Positions 48,501 to 59,996 of a stretch of DNA of 64,000 nt are shown here, in pieces. Every line of letters begins with the position of its first letter. The first letter of the stretch is position 1. Origin of the DNA: Ruditapes philippinarum (lineage: Eukaryota). The position numbers and the translations under genes are program-made. Below the pieces are notes generated by a model. That model saw only the letters and a list, made by a program, of their open reading frames with translations, was not told the DNA's origin and searched no databases. The stretch covers positions 310,001 through 374,000 of the forward strand of contig NW_026867184.1 of the NCBI RefSeq assembly GCF_026571515.1, written 5' to 3'.

Positions 48501-49875
48501 TGTGTTTGCGAAGTTTAAACCGTATATTTCTAGTGATAAATTAGTTACCTATTCTCTCCTTGATAGATTTTTATCGGATTTCATTAGAGACAGAAAATCG
48601 GATTTGAATGCAAATGTCTTCTGTAGTAACCATTCTAAGGGTTTGTCTTTAGTGCATTTCTTCGCTATAAATGGAATGGCAAGAACAATAGAAACAGTTA
48701 AGAATTTATTTGGGGGTGAAATAACACAATGTCGAAACGTTCATAATTTTACTGCAATGTTTTTTGCCGAGTTGTTTGGCAGAACAGCGGTCGAATCTTC
48801 ATTACCAAAGGAAAATTCTTACATTTTCCCTGAGAGAAGTGCTGTAGAATTTCTTTTACTCAATATCTATAATAACTTTCCTCAAATGAGGAAACAGAAT
48901 CCTTTCCGTTGCATTACTTTAAGGAGAATGATCACCATGAAGGATAGAGCACTTATTAAAAACTATCAATGTCTAAAAGGATTTTATTATATGTATTTTA
49001 TGACTGTTAACGATTTCTTAATTCATAATCTCGTGTTTGCAAGAGAAGGCTTACACTTAAGTGAAAAACTTATGCTACAGTATCTAGAGATAAAAAAGTT
49101 GTTCTATGCCTCTTTAAAAAGTGAAATTATATCAAACTGTAGTAGATTTACCCGATACCTAAGTGAAATCATAAAGATACTTAATGAACTAAAACTTTGG
49201 AGTGGTATAAGTAATGGGTATCTTTCCTGGCAAAGTGAGTATGATTTTTTGAAAAATATATACAATGCATTAGATTTACCCTACGATAAAAGTATGATTT
49301 CATTAGTACAAGATGGCATGAATAGTGATTGTTCAACTTTTAATTTTCGACATATTTGGAACACAATGCAATATCTGGAAAGAACTCTTAGGACAGTAGT
49401 TCAGAATGTTCAAGATATTACAATTTTGGTGGCGCTTTTGGACCAAAAAGATTTCATAAGAATTCAAAGTATGCCACCTGGGTTTAATGGTTTACAGCCG
49501 CATTTTCAAGACTTTGTGTGTGGATATAGATTTTCCTTATGCCATGGATGCCCATTACGTTTATTGAAGGGAGCAGTAAATAACATAAATCGTTTTCGGT
49601 ACCTGAACGTTATTAAATCAACTACTACATACAAACATATTGATGGAGTGAGACTTAGAAGTAGTCCAATGTTTATGAGCAAATCTGAAGTTACTAGGCT
49701 AGAAAAGAAACGGAAATTCATATACAAAATGATGCACAAAACAAAGAAAAGGCAGAAGTGGCTATTAGGAAACTTCAAAAGTGAAAGAAATGGGATTTGT
49801 AAAAGCCAAACTAGCAATGAAAATGAAAGATATAAAAAGAGTTTGTTATACAATATTAGGATACCATTGATTTAA
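30525..49875 (+). CDS. CXorf38-like (HEPN-type) domain - TM helix - NACHT NTPase (TANC/NPHP3 type) - ankyrin repeat protein, ~1,940 aa; frameshifted in this assembly
   Basis: Coding exons 30525-30721 (phase 2), 43484-44199 (phase 1) and 44968-49875 join in frame at canonical GT-AG sites. Motifs: CxxxC..CxxCxxWK, W..W.WP, RNETYH; TM FTTLALTFAFLGCVWYYFV; VGRHWLF, Walker A AEFGYGKS, AFHIC, Walker B IVVIDALDEC, FLITSR, SGEGNFLY; ankyrin repeats (G.SPAFLAAAKGH, LLHIAVQH, TSLHYAIRSGD, GYTPFLLAIKHGR, GNKPIHYAA). Indels at A-runs near 45609-45691 and 46812-46847. Confidence 0.85.
31790..32003 (+). mobile_element. tRNA-derived SINE with a Meta-type core, 5'-truncated, inserted in the DIRS relic
   Basis: B-box-like GGTTAGAATCC, core GAGGAAGCTATCCAGCTAGCTTACGGAACGTTGGTGGTTCTACTCAGGTGCCCG, tail GTGTCGGTGTGACGTAAAAC + (AAAAC)n. 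Family assignment is from recognition of the core sequence. Confidence 0.8.
32525..33000 (+). repeat. ~160-bp tandem repeat array (3 copies), HINE/satellite-related
   Basis: GCACAAATA.TCACAATAATAAGACG.TATGTC..CCCTACCTCCAAG(GTCAAG)GTCACACTTAGAGGTCAAAG repeated. Confidence 0.85.
35012..36607 (+). mobile_element. Helentron/HINE-like element with ~130-165 bp central tandem repeats
   Basis: TTTTTATATGCCCCCCC..stem..(GGTC)n head; >=7 units of TGACCCCTATTGATTTTGGGGTCACTAGGTCAAAGGTCAAGGTCA; 3' AAGGGGGTATATGTGTCGTCCGACATTTTTGTT. Confidence 0.85.
36022..36258. mobile_element. Nearly perfect palindromic MITE nested in the HINE array
   Basis: ~100-bp arms TGAGCCGCGTCACGACAAAA..GCGACCAGCATGGATCCAGACCAGCCTGCGCATCCGCG and their reverse complement; TA on both flanks. 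Confidence 0.9.
36608..39843 (+). mobile_element. Second HINE-like element, interrupted by a LINE
   Basis: Head GTCCGTTGTTCATCGGCCGTCTGTGCGTCCGT; ~170-bp units CCCAGGGG.TCATTGATTTTCCTTATATGTATATAGT.AAAAC from 38500-39480; CCATAGCAACCAGTGACTT minisatellite; 3' GTGAGCGATATTAAGGCCATCCTGGCCCTTTTGTT. Confidence 0.7.
36795..38488 (+). mobile_element. 5'-truncated, decayed RTEX-like LINE
   Basis: GLRQGENLSPVLFSIYLN, LLYADD, PILTYGSEIWG, AELGRYP, FRTANHRFPVETGRW..CQKC..GDEMHYLLIC; in-frame stops; (ATTGT)n and AATAAA 3' end. Confidence 0.9.
40390..40542 (-). mobile_element. Possible Gypsy gag N-terminal relic
   Basis: MASSELPTPQTFKVDG../..SAWDNYIKRFDYYIQVAGIT resembles Gypsy gag starts; short and frameshifted. 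Confidence 0.45.
42041..43165 (+). mobile_element. Helentron/HINE-like element
   Basis: Sub-TIR AACCAGATTTTC / GAAAACCTGGTT, (GGCG)n microsatellite, 4 units of GAGATATTTCAATGAAACTTGGTGTA..GATTGCTTTTGG. Confidence 0.75.
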
Positions 49876-49935
49876 AATTTCTAAAGTAATAAAAAGGGTT
49901 GCCAACGTTTTCGTCAGTGGAGTTTTATTTCTATT

Positions 49936-51277
49936 TACGTTCAAAAAGTTCGTGGACTTTTGCTGTCATTTTTACTTGGTTCATAAAAACAACCTGAGTT
50001 GATATGAATCGAAAGAGTATCTTTATTTCTAAAAGTAAGTTATACTTTTATCTTAAACCTTTACTTCCTTTACGAATTATGTGCACTTTAATAACCATGG
50101 CAACGCGACATCGGCGCACGTCGAAATTTCCCTACTATGTTTAAATAAATCTGAAATTCGACGTCATTTGGACGTTGAATGACTAAACAAACAAGTTTTG
50201 AGTGGCAGTAGTCAGTAGCGTAAATTGCGAAATAAAAAGATTTAAAAAAAGAAATTCACATTTTCGGAAAGTTTTGCCATCAAACTGCGGAAACTCATTC
50301 ATTTTCATATGAGGTGTTTAATTTAACAAAGGGCAATGAGTCAGCGAACAAGTCGTTCGCTTTCAACTTGCGCAAGGGATTCAAAAACGGCAAATACATG
50401 ATCACAGACAGAAGGGGGCGAGGGAGAAAGGGGCAAATTGTCAGGACGTGTGCAACGTCAATTGCAAAATGTCTACAGGAGGATGTACAGTATGAAAGGT
50501 TTGCGAGCTGTCCGGCATGTTAAATTTCTGCATCGGGTCTGGACATTCAATTCTTACCAGACAATTAAATTTAAAGAATATTTTTTTATTCATCAGGATA
50601 TATGCGTATTTACAATAAATTAATGTAGTTAATAGTTGTATTACATGTATTTTCCCTGATTTGTTTGTTAATAACTGCTAACCGGTGATTTAACGCACAT
50701 AATAATTGTCAGTTGATAAAATATTTTTCTTTTCTGTTGAGAATCATACTGTTTACGGATCAAACGATTGTGGTTTTAAATTAATATTATAAACCACCAA
50801 TTGATGAATGAATCAACTTGATAACACTGTCCATTAAGTATCAATATTACTAAAAAAATCGCAATAAAGAGCGCAAACTGGTCGTCTCTCGAGGCCCTTA
50901 TACGAAAAATTGACCGAAAAGGTGACCGTTTTCTTTCTCGCTTCTCATAGCACACATAAAAATGGTTTTGGTTATATGATCCGGAGACATTGAACACTCG
51001 AAAATGTACTTTCAGAAGCAACGACGCTGATGACATTTTTAATTTAAATTTCGACGTCACGAAAGTCATTTTGTTTTATCATTAGCGTGCGCCGGATCGC
51101 GTTCCCCTTGTTATTTGTAATTTTCACAGAATTGTTATTTGTAAACATATTGTATTGATTTTTTTACTGTATGTTAAGGACATGTTCAATTATTTGTCTC
51201 TTGTAAAATCGTGTACGTAAATTAAAAAATATGAACAAAAGAGCTGCAGTCCACGAACTTTTTGAACAGCCCTCGTA
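49936..51277 (+). mobile_element. Decayed mariner element
   Basis: TIR GTTCAAAAAGTTCGTGGACT (49939) / AGTCCACGAACTTTTTGAACAGCCCTCG-TA; internal remnant SANKSFAFNLRKGFKNGKYMITDRRGRGRK resembles the mariner transposase HTH/GRP region. Confidence 0.8.
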
Positions 51278-51509
51278 TTTATATTTCTTTATGTATATAC
51301 AAGTAATAACATTTTGATTTGTTACCACTAGTGTTTCATGAGAATGATATACATATCGTTATTTGTTGTCATAGCAATCAAACATAAATAACTGCATTTC
51401 AGTTTGCGGATTTTGTTTTTGATGTGTGCGTGCGCGTGCGTGTGCGTGAGTATATGTGGTGTAAAGATAAAAAAGATACATATAAAGCAAATATCATCTA
51501 GAAGTTAAA

Positions 51510-53610
51510 CACGAAGGCGATCATCATTACGAATTATCTCGAGACCCGATTGGATTTAATCAGTTCGCTCCAATCTGTATAATTTACGCAATTGTTTCTA
51601 GAATGACGACAAAAATAATACGCTCTGCTTTTTCAACCTACTTGTTTGTTTATATACAAAAATGACTTATTTAATGGAGAGCAAAGTCGGTATTCAAGTT
51701 TAAATTAGCTTCCGCCGTGATGTTATCGGCTTATTCAGTGGCCTTATGCTGAATCAGTTTATACATTAGGAAAAATGAGTACGGTTTGTACTTAATATTT
51801 AGTTTCTATTTAAATCACAATTAAAAACATTTTGCAATTACAGTTAATTTATAACTTAGTTACATTACTTCATCGTAAATGTAATGCATTTACCATACAA
51901 AATAGAGGGTAAATGTACCTTTCTTTGTGCATTAACATCTTCAGCATTTGAATCGCGTTTCGGCAGGTCAGGGCATAAAAGTATACGTCTGATTCGGCGA
52001 TTCCAATTGTTACTTTCCCAATCGTGGCATATATCTGTCTATGGATACCAAGGCAACGCGCCGGAAACCTTATATCATCCGTATGAATTTATTCATTTGT
52101 AACTACTAAGTATTGCTTATAAATGGGATGCTTGCCGCTACGTTTGCGTCACCTGATCTGAGCAACATAAGAAACTGCAGCGAGGAGTTTGCTTTACCAG
52201 GTAACGTTAGACATCGCGAATGAGTTGACGTGACTTTATTTAAACTCAGTCTTTTAAAGTCATGTAGACATAACTTACAAGTTTTGAAATGAATTGACAA
52301 TGTGTAGTCTTAAAATCAATGTCTCAATTGATGTAATTTACAATTATAAAGTTATATATATTTCTTTTTGTATATAGATTTCTTTTTTAGAATTGTAAAG
52401 TTTTCATTTGTAATCACTTATGTTCTATTTACATTTTGTTATCACAATAAATCTTGAAAAAAAAAACTGTATTTAAGTTTGTGGATTTGTTATTTGTTTG
52501 TTTTTTGTTGTTTTTTTTGTTGTTGTTTTATTTTATTTTTTTGTAAATTTGTAAAAACATGGTCTATATCAAAGATGATTTTTTTCAAAAATACATGTAC
52601 ATAATCACTCCATGTTTCTATGTATTGTATAACAAATTTAAAAATATTTAGAAGATTAAACAGTGTGAATAAAAAATGATAGATACACATCAAATATCTA
52701 AAAGTTTTTCACAAAACCATTGGCGATTAACATTACGAATAATTACTATCGGAATCAATACACTCGCTCCAATTTGCATAATTTATACATTTTCCCAGAA
52801 TGATGTGCTACTATTTTCAACACAACAAAACTATACGATATATTTGTTTTCAAACTGAACCAGTGCACATGCTTGTTTAATCAATAAAATTGAATAATCC
52901 GGAAATAAGAAAGAATAGGGTTAATATTAAATATTACAGATATAGCTTCATCGATGTTGTAACCGGGTATTCTATTGGCCTTATGCTCAATCAGTTATTA
53001 CTAATGCGCCAATGGGTCGAGACTTACTAGCGGAATTACTTTTCAATTTTTATTTAATATCACAAATGCCATATTTCGCATATACATGTAATCTTGTTAT
53101 ACTTTGTTGATAGTTATTTCTTGTAATATTACCATTACGTTTCCAAACGAAGTTTTAATGTATCCTTTTTCGTGCAATAACATCTGCGAAGCACGAGGAT
53201 GCATTTAAAGCCCTCTCAGTCTGGAATAAAAATCTGATTCCGTAATTTTGTGTTTCATATTGAACCTGACCATTGTTAGCATACTTTCTAATCGTACTCT
53301 TTTTTATCGTTACGTACCGAGGCACGTGCCAGAAACCATAAATTGAAACCTTAGATCATCCGTGTGAATGTAGTTCCAATAGGACTACAGCGCATGAAAA
53401 AAAGTAATATTGCTTTACTGCGTAACGTAAGACGCCGAGAAACTGGTTAATGGTCACATAATAGACTGACTATCGCATTGTGACATTATTGCAAATATTT
53501 CTACGTCTCAGTCTTTTCAATACATGTAGACATAGCCTCCAAACTTTTACAGTTAGTATTAGAGTTATTAAATACGATTGTCTTAATAAATGTAATTTTC
53601 AGTTTACTTA
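51510..53610. repeat. Old tandem duplication (~51510-52340 and ~52720-53610)
   Basis: Colinear shared blocks CATTACGAAT, TCGCTCCAAT, GGCCTTATGCT.AATCAGTT, GAAACCTTA.ATCATCCGT.TGAAT, TTGCTTTAC...GTAACGT.AGAC, CTCAGTCTTTT.AA..CATGTAGACATA. Confidence 0.75.
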
Positions 53611-56600
53611 ACACAGGACTTTGTTAATGTCTCAATATTGTCATTTACGTATAAGTAAGTTTATATATTGTTCGCCAGTTAGTATTAAAAACACGCCATG
53701 TTGAATAATGATCACGGTTTCCTTTACTATTTTTATTACTGGTGTCATTTAACTATATGAATTAGCACCGAAGTGGTTAATGTCAACCAACAGCAAGTCT
53801 ATATGACAAATTGCTTGCCTGTGTTTTTAGTTTCTTGAATTATATTCTGTAAATTTTACACATGATATGTTATTTATGAGCATGGTTTATACAAAGAAAC
53901 ATTTATTACTTATTTTGTTATTCCGCTTTTTGAAATGTACTCATGAGAGAAATGTATTGATGTGTTCATGTTTGAAGAAATCTATGTTTGTTATTAAACA
54001 GTAAGACATATTCAATGTATAGTGAAATAATATAGCAAAAATAGGAATCCCTTAAAAACTTAAATTAAAAACGTTGCACGTTCGGGTCTCTCCATTATTT
54101 TCCTCTATTTTGTGTTTCTGTCAAATTATTTGGGTGTAATGCATGTAACAGATTAATATAGATTACAATGAATATGATAATATGCATCTTGTTATGATAT
54201 GAATGACTCGTCAAATCATATTATTCGGAACGACATATACACGATAAAATTTAATTTTGAAAGAATGGTACCATTAGAGGTATCATTTAAGATCTAATAA
54301 ACTATCAAAAAAGTTTTAGGGATTCCGTTTTTTCTCTGTTTTAACAATCAAATTAGCATGATTTTCTTGTAATGTCAACTTCAGTAAAAAAAAAGACCTC
54401 TTGCATAAATCAATTAATATACTAGTAACACATTTTCTACGCCAAGTCTGTGTGTATGCAATCATGTGAATTGCATTTTAGAGAAAAAAATATAAAAGGT
54501 GAAGTATAACAAAACAAAAATTAATTGCAATAAAATTTTATTTCATCATTTTTAATTTTTTATTTAAGAAAAGGAAGTGCGAGTGATTCTGATAACAGTA
54601 GTATTTCTACTATAACCAAATCAAACGTACTCGTAAAGTCATTTTCTTACAGTATACAGCAAAACATATTTTGCGAATCAAAACTTTGTTTAACGTAACA
54701 AGATAAACGGGTCCTCTTCTAATAGTATTTATATAGGTATATACTTTTTTTCTAAAATATTTGTGTAAAGCAACTATTTTCCTCAAATTTGTGTGTAAAC
54801 TAAATAGAATTACAAACTAGAATTCGTTTTCTTATACCGCTAATATTCGGTGGCGCTGGCAATTATTAATTACAATGTTTGAACCGCCGTTACATTGCGT
54901 CCATTTTTGCATAAGAATAATATTAATACGCGTTGTATGGCTGTAAAATGTCACCGAAAGTATAATTAATAGATACAGAGACGATAAAATAAACTTGTCA
55001 TATAAATAAGGTACATTCAAATTGAATTTGTCATTTTTCTAACTTGATTGTGAAGTGAAAGAATGACATTGTAAAACATAAAATAACTTTGATAAATTTT
55101 GTCTACAAATTGCAAGATATTGAAACGGGGGACCACTTTATGTTTATGATTTTGAAAGCACCTTCGTCTGGAAAGGTAACAAACTTTAAAACTCTATATA
55201 GGTCAGAACAGTCTGTGTATACATGTATAATGTTAAGTGAGAAAAATTATACTATTGATGCCCCGTACTTCACTTTGAAGTGTTGTTATATTTTTCTGGT
55301 CTTTCGGAATCATTGATATCAGTACTATATAGTGTTGAGAATGGAGTACCGCTCAAGGTGGTGCTAGGGGGCGTGAGGGATATGTTGCACTTATTCATTA
55401 TTCCTCATTTATAGACTCAATCAAACCGAGTCTGCTATTTTCATGCAATTTTGTTGTGATTAATGCTTCCGAGGGATCACTTTATTTCCAGATTTTTGTC
55501 CATAAATGTTTTTCATCTATACTAGAATTTCTAAAAAAGTAACATCTGGATGAATTTATATAGCGGATCATTTGGCTTACAAGTTTTTTACATGATCTTC
55601 TTTATTCAATTTAATTCATTTAATAAAAATGTATGTCTTAGTTTTTTATTGTTACAAAGTCTTTTGTCAATTGTGTTTGTTAATCGTAATTAAACTTTAG
55701 TTATGTTATGTTTTTAGTTCTGTATACTTGTACAATATCATTATTATATGATTTTAGGCCTGTAAAGGCCCATAATTGGAAATAAAATATATTCTATTCT
55801 ATTCATTAGATAGTTGATAAATGTCCCTGACCGCTAATGATTTCCAGAAATACGTTAAATTATTTTTAAATGTTTGACTTAGTAATAATGATGTACCAGA
55901 TATTGTAAAACTGAGCGAACTGTTACATATTAACATCAGAATTCAGTAGACTATATCTTATAATTGTTTCATGGTGATCATAACATTAAGCTCAAATATA
56001 ATATTTTCGGCTTAAAACACAATGTAATTTTGATATAGTCCCCATTTTGATAAAACTTATAATTCTCAAATTTAAAAACTGTCAAACACTTTCAGTGCCC
56101 GAATCGGGAAATGCAAATAAAACAAATAAACATTTTCCTAAAATTTGTTTGTTTGTTTTTTGTTTAATTTATTATGGTCACAATCGTTTGTTGATGTAAA
56201 TTTATTATATGAAGCAAAGTAATCTTTTCTTAACTTTATGTAAAAAAGCAGGATATAATCAACAATAGATCTGTTTCATTGTTTAATTGAGTTAGTTGCT
56301 TTTGCTCTCGTGTGTGTTGTATTGTCAATTTTATTCTGTTACCACTTACTCTAAAATCTAAAAGTATTTAAAATTCAAACCTTATTTTAGTTTAAAAAAG
56401 TGAGATATTTTTTCACTTTCGTGGAATAGTTTGTTCAACCGAGGTCTTCAAGTAGAATTTGAAAGACTCTGGTTCAAATTAAGTTGGTATTTTAATTTGT
56501 ATTCAGGTAGTTCTATTTGATTTGTCAGAACATAAGATTTGATGTCACTTCTTCTTGATAGCATGCTGTCTTATTGAGTGTACTGCATATACAGTAAAAT

Positions 56601-56815
56601 AATGTTCTTGATTAAACTAAATGTTTAAATGTACTGTGTGTCATATTTCATATATACTAAATAGTTATGAAGGCATGGTAGGGTAAAGTTGTAAATCATT
56701 CATTTAAGCTAAATTTATGAGTCTTAAAATTGATAGCTTAGAGAAGAACTTGATTTACTACCACATAATTATTTATCTTACACTAAATTACGAAATCCTA
56801 TATTGTAAAACAAAC

Positions 56816-58965
56816 ATGGACTTTGTCGGATATATTCTCATATTAACTGTTGGTGTTTTTGGCATCATTTGCTGTATAGGATCGGAACAGAATGGTAACA
56901 TCATGATCTATTTCTTACATCTTTCATTTCTACTGTTCAGGTTGATGATACTTTGCGTAAAAAGATCACGAAACAATTCATCTCATTACTGAAACCAGTA
57001 CTGACTGGTTACGGAATAAATGCTATTAATTAAAAGTGTTTAATATATGCGATTTTTAAAGTTCAAATAACCAAAACATCGGGAACGTTGACTAGTTTAA
57101 TATTTAAGACATAATTCTATGTAACTTACTTTAAAACTGATAGAAAGCAAACGGATTCTTTACATAATTCCAGGCAGGTGCACGTGTAATACGTTCCGAT
57201 GTCCGATGGATCGTGTAAATTCCGGAAGCTGTTATTCTTCGTCACTTCCGGGTGGCTGGGGAGTTCGCTGTTGCAAGCCATATTGTAAATGCAAGCATTC
57301 TTGTGAAGCAGACGAGACTGACGAAGGGAAGTTTGAAACGCTAGCAGAAAATAAATCAGTGACGTCACAAAACTGGCATCTAGTCAACATAGACAAGAGA
57401 GACCATTGTCCAGAAAATACAACACTGTGTTGTCCAAAATGTAAATGCCAAAGAGGCGTTTGTAATAAAAAAGAAATCAAAGCCAGAAAAAAGAGTTGTG
57501 GAGATAAAGTAAGTAATTTAAAACACCTGGATTCAATGTAACTATGTTTAACAAAATAGTATCGGTCTCAGCGTTGTTTATCGACTAATTAATACCGGTT
57601 TGGAGTTTGGATGCATAGGAATTGGCCACGAAGGCCATAAATGTTTCCTTCTTTTTCTTTGGAATGTCATATAAATGAAGATAAGATGTACTTTAATTCC
57701 CATTAATTTGGTACACTTATATTTTACCTAACTATATATTTCTTTTGTTTTATTATTTTTTAATGTTTTTTATGACAAACTGAGAAGTTAATTTTCTTCA
57801 AATGTTCACGTCTTTCGGAAAAAGTAGCTTTATACATGGATGGGTATAGTCTCTCCTAGTCAAAATATTTTGACGTCCTAAACTAGATTCTGAGAGATCT
57901 TTTTTCTATGTCGGAATCTAGATTTCAATGATAAGATTTTAAACATGCATAAAAAAGCAGAATTATCTCAACTCGAACTAAGTCTCCAGCATATTTTAAT
58001 GTATTCTGATTAATTGATACACATATTACAAAATAAATTTCTATGTTTAAAATTCTTTCAAAATTCCATTTTATTCAGTGTCACTACACGTATTTTTACT
58101 TGGGGACCATATGCCGTTTTTCATGGAATTGCACTAATTAATGTGTCACATTGAAGCTTCCATGATAACCGCCACATGAAAACATCTGCGGATGTTTCAA
58201 AATTCATTATTTTACATGTACCACATTAAATGTTGAGTTCCCCATAAGCCGACGCTAGGGTGCGTTAATACCACTCCTCTTAATAAAAGCGATGGATAAC
58301 TCTAGAAATAAAACCGGCAACACTATAGTAATTGTGGCACTACAAATTTCAAGAGTTCTCTTAGCATGTGCTTGTAGATTAAATAAATGCAAGAATCTTA
58401 AACAATATGATGTCTATAACAATATACATATATTGAATAACAAAAGGCAATTTTTGCAACAAGATAAGAATCAGAGTATACAACATCAGGCCCGCTATCC
58501 GCAATATTTAACATGTTATATAATAAATGAATATTGTCGCTTTGTCTTATTCATTTCATTTGAGAAATAACCATTTTGTCTTTTTACTTTCAGCACAAAC
58601 TATGTTGTCAACCGCAATCAACGTTGTTCCGTCCAGTGCCCGGATGTAAAGACAACGAACTTCCTTTATCATTTAGCGGAAGTGACCATTTATACGGACT
58701 ATGTCAGTGTAAGAAAGAGTGTGAAATGCACGAAGCTTTTTTAGACCACAACACGTGTGGAGAAAACAGAGACATGTGTTGTAAATTATGCGCATGCAAA
58801 CCAGAGTGTGATTCTTTCGATATAGATATAGGTCAAGGTCTTTGTGGCTACCAACTGCAGCAATGTTGTCGCGCATGCGTCTGCAAGACGCCGTGCAACA
58901 AACCAGAAGAACTGCTTGGACCAGAGGGGTGTTTTTATGGTGAAACGGTTTGCTGCGTAACATGA
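56816..58965 (+). CDS. Secreted cysteine-rich protein with six tandem defensin-like (CxC-x3/4-C-xn-C-xn-CC) modules, ~261-271 aa
   Basis: Exons 56816-56894 (signal peptide MDFVGYILILTVGVFGIICCIGS, phase 1), 57144 (or 57174)-57508 (phase 0) and 58594-58965 join in frame at GT-AG sites with no stops. Confidence 0.85.
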
Positions 58966-59996
58966 AAGATGTCATGATGTATGCTTATGCTATGGCTACG
59001 CTCTGTTTCCGATACATTCCGAATGACATTAATAGAAATTTTAATTGATTATTTTTGTATAGTTGAATATAAAATTGAACACAGTTATGACAAAATGTAA
59101 AATGATGTTGACTTTTCTCTGTTCACACACCATTTACACTTTGATGGGCATATTATGTCTCTTCAACCAAACTTGCATGCTGACGTATACGTAAATGTCC
59201 GGCCTTTAAAGTTCTCTTGTTAAGTTTTGTATATATATACATGTATTCTATGCTTTCATGACTGCATGTATTACTAAAATTATAATTTTGGTCAATTTAA
59301 TTTCTAGCACAAAATAAGGCATACAAAAATAGTGATCAATTTAATATTCTGACAAGTACTTATGAAAACAAAACACAATAAAACGATTGACATTTTTTAG
59401 CTTTTTTTCCTGACACAAAAAGTAGCAAAACAAAAACCTGTTTAAAACAAAACAGTATTTTAGAAAAGGAATGTTATTTTCGTCTTGTAAGTTATATAGA
59501 CCACCCCACAATTAAAACAATTTAAACTTAGCCCAGTGTTGGTCTTGTACATGTATATATGATGTGTGTTCACTGTACTTGTAAGTGATAACAATAAAAA
59601 TACAAAACCTGATCATAAAAATGTCCGAACGCTTTAATATTTTTGAGAAAAAGTATTGACAAAAGACGTGTCTTCCACTCTGTCAAAAAGGGTTTTACTG
59701 AAAGCGGTAATAATTCAAGCCTTGTTACAATCTCAGCCCTAAACTTGCTGATTTGGCCTACAGTCCATTTAAAGTTTGATGTGGGGCCAGACTCTATACT
59801 GGTAACATATGTTAATCACTTCCGGTTATAACAGGTTAAGTGTTAATGTATTATACAAACAGCCGAGTATGAACAACAATGTTAAAAGGATCCTGCCTTT
59901 TTTAAACAAGAAGCACAATGTGCAGCAAAGGAATAAGGTGTCTTATCGCCAGTTATTGCCTACCCTGACGAAGGACATGTTTCTTTTTTGCGATAT

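Noticed and set aside
44968-49875. Calling the NACHT-ankyrin gene TANC1/TANC2, or a bacterial contaminant
   Set aside because: No TPR region, an upstream TM and CXorf38-like domain, a single giant exon, and spliceosomal introns containing host TEs.
43484-49875. N-glycosylation sequons as proof of extracellular topology
   Set aside because: The predicted cytosolic part also has four sequons (NRS, NKT, NET, NIS) and the protein is Asn-rich, so the signal is only weakly discriminating.
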